Shown piece after piece: positions 63,457 through 64,000 of a stretch of 64,000 nucleotides of DNA. The position numbers and the translations under genes were made by a program. The stretch covers positions 160,001 through 224,000 of the IMG/VR virus record IMGVR_UViG_3300028591_000070; one strand, 5' to 3'. Numbering within the stretch: the stretch's first letter is position 1; the number at the start of each line of letters is the position of its first letter. This DNA comes from a virus. Its lineage: Duplodnaviria; Caudoviricetes. The notes under the pieces were generated by a model. The model made no database searches and had not been told where the DNA came from. It worked only from the letters and a program-made list of their open reading frames with translations.

Positions 63457-63801
63457 TTAGTAATATGAAATAGACAATGACTCACTGTCAATAATTCGGT
63501 ATTTACTTACTTTTTCCTTAGATCCATCACCTTTATAAATAGTAATATCACCCTTTATTTCATAAACATAAAATTGAATTTTATTACCATTTGTCATGGA
63601 AAACATTGACTCATTAGTCTGGACCAAAATAGATACTTCTGCGTTTGTAGCTTCACAGGTTACTCTTCCACCATTGTCAAACTGAATGAAGCTTACTCGT
63701 TCAGGAATTCCAACATCCTTAAGACGTTTACCTTCTGTATAAGCAAAAGCTGAGCATACAAATATAAACATCAATACCACTGCAATAAAAAGTTTTTTCA
63801 T
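63457..63801 (-). CDS. secreted hypothetical protein
   Basis: MKKLFIAVVLMFIFVCSAFA signal peptide. Confidence 0.75.
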   Translation of the reverse strand: MKKLFIAVVLMFIFVCSAFAYTEGKRLKDVGIPERVSFIQFDNGGRVTCEATNAEVSILVQTNESMFSMTNGNKIQFYVYEIKGDITIYKGDGSKEKVSKYRIIDSESLSISYY

Positions 63802-63815
63802 TTATTTTCTCCTTT

Positions 63816-63998
63816 TTAAGTGTTTAATAGTTCTTTTGTGTATAAAACACAAATAGTATTTGGAATGATTTCTGGATGAGTATCTGTGATATGTTCTATC
63901 AGTTCATTCCATTGATCAACTCTGGCAAGTCCTTCCATTCTAAAAATATCCATACCACACACCATTCCAGAAGGTGAGCCATCTTTTAATCTGTACTG
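63816..63998 (-). CDS. partial hypothetical protein (5' end outside window)
   Basis: Open frame from window edge to TAA at 63816. Confidence 0.5.
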   Translation of the reverse strand, partial: QYRLKDGSPSGMVCGMDIFRMEGLARVDQWNELIEHITDTHPEIIPNTICVLYTKELLNT

Positions 63999-64000
63999 AA

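Overview
AT-rich segment of a large tailed (jumbo, T4-like gene content) phage genome in the standard genetic code. The left 24 kb is a minus-strand RNA-gene island: about 45 tRNA or tRNA-like genes, a tmRNA, a Ro60/TROVE gene with about 12 YrlA-type Y RNAs carrying different effector modules, a probable GOLLD RNA with an embedded tRNA, two more large ornate ncRNAs, several small structured RNAs and a GIY-YIG homing endonuclease. The main discovery is that each of the three main tRNA operons is preceded by a short leader ORF, missed by the ORF track, followed by an antiterminator/terminator pair. The core codons of each leader match the tRNAs encoded downstream, largely down to isoacceptor level, and the three leaders together cover all 20 amino acids. 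This looks like ribosome-mediated attenuation that induces phage tRNA operons when the matching tRNAs are depleted. The right part has a cytosine-hypermodification cluster (dCMP hydroxymethylase, T4 beta-glucosyltransferase homologue, three sugar-remodelling enzymes, two dNMP kinases), a Dam-like methylase, a family A DNA polymerase split into distant pieces, dUTPase, a PD-(D/E)xK nuclease, a sigma70 factor, baseplate-like and putative head proteins, SAM synthetase and a CCA-adding-like nucleotidyltransferase. Three promoter motif classes recur, and many transcripts appear leaderless. All calls were made by eye; no searches or folding programs were run.
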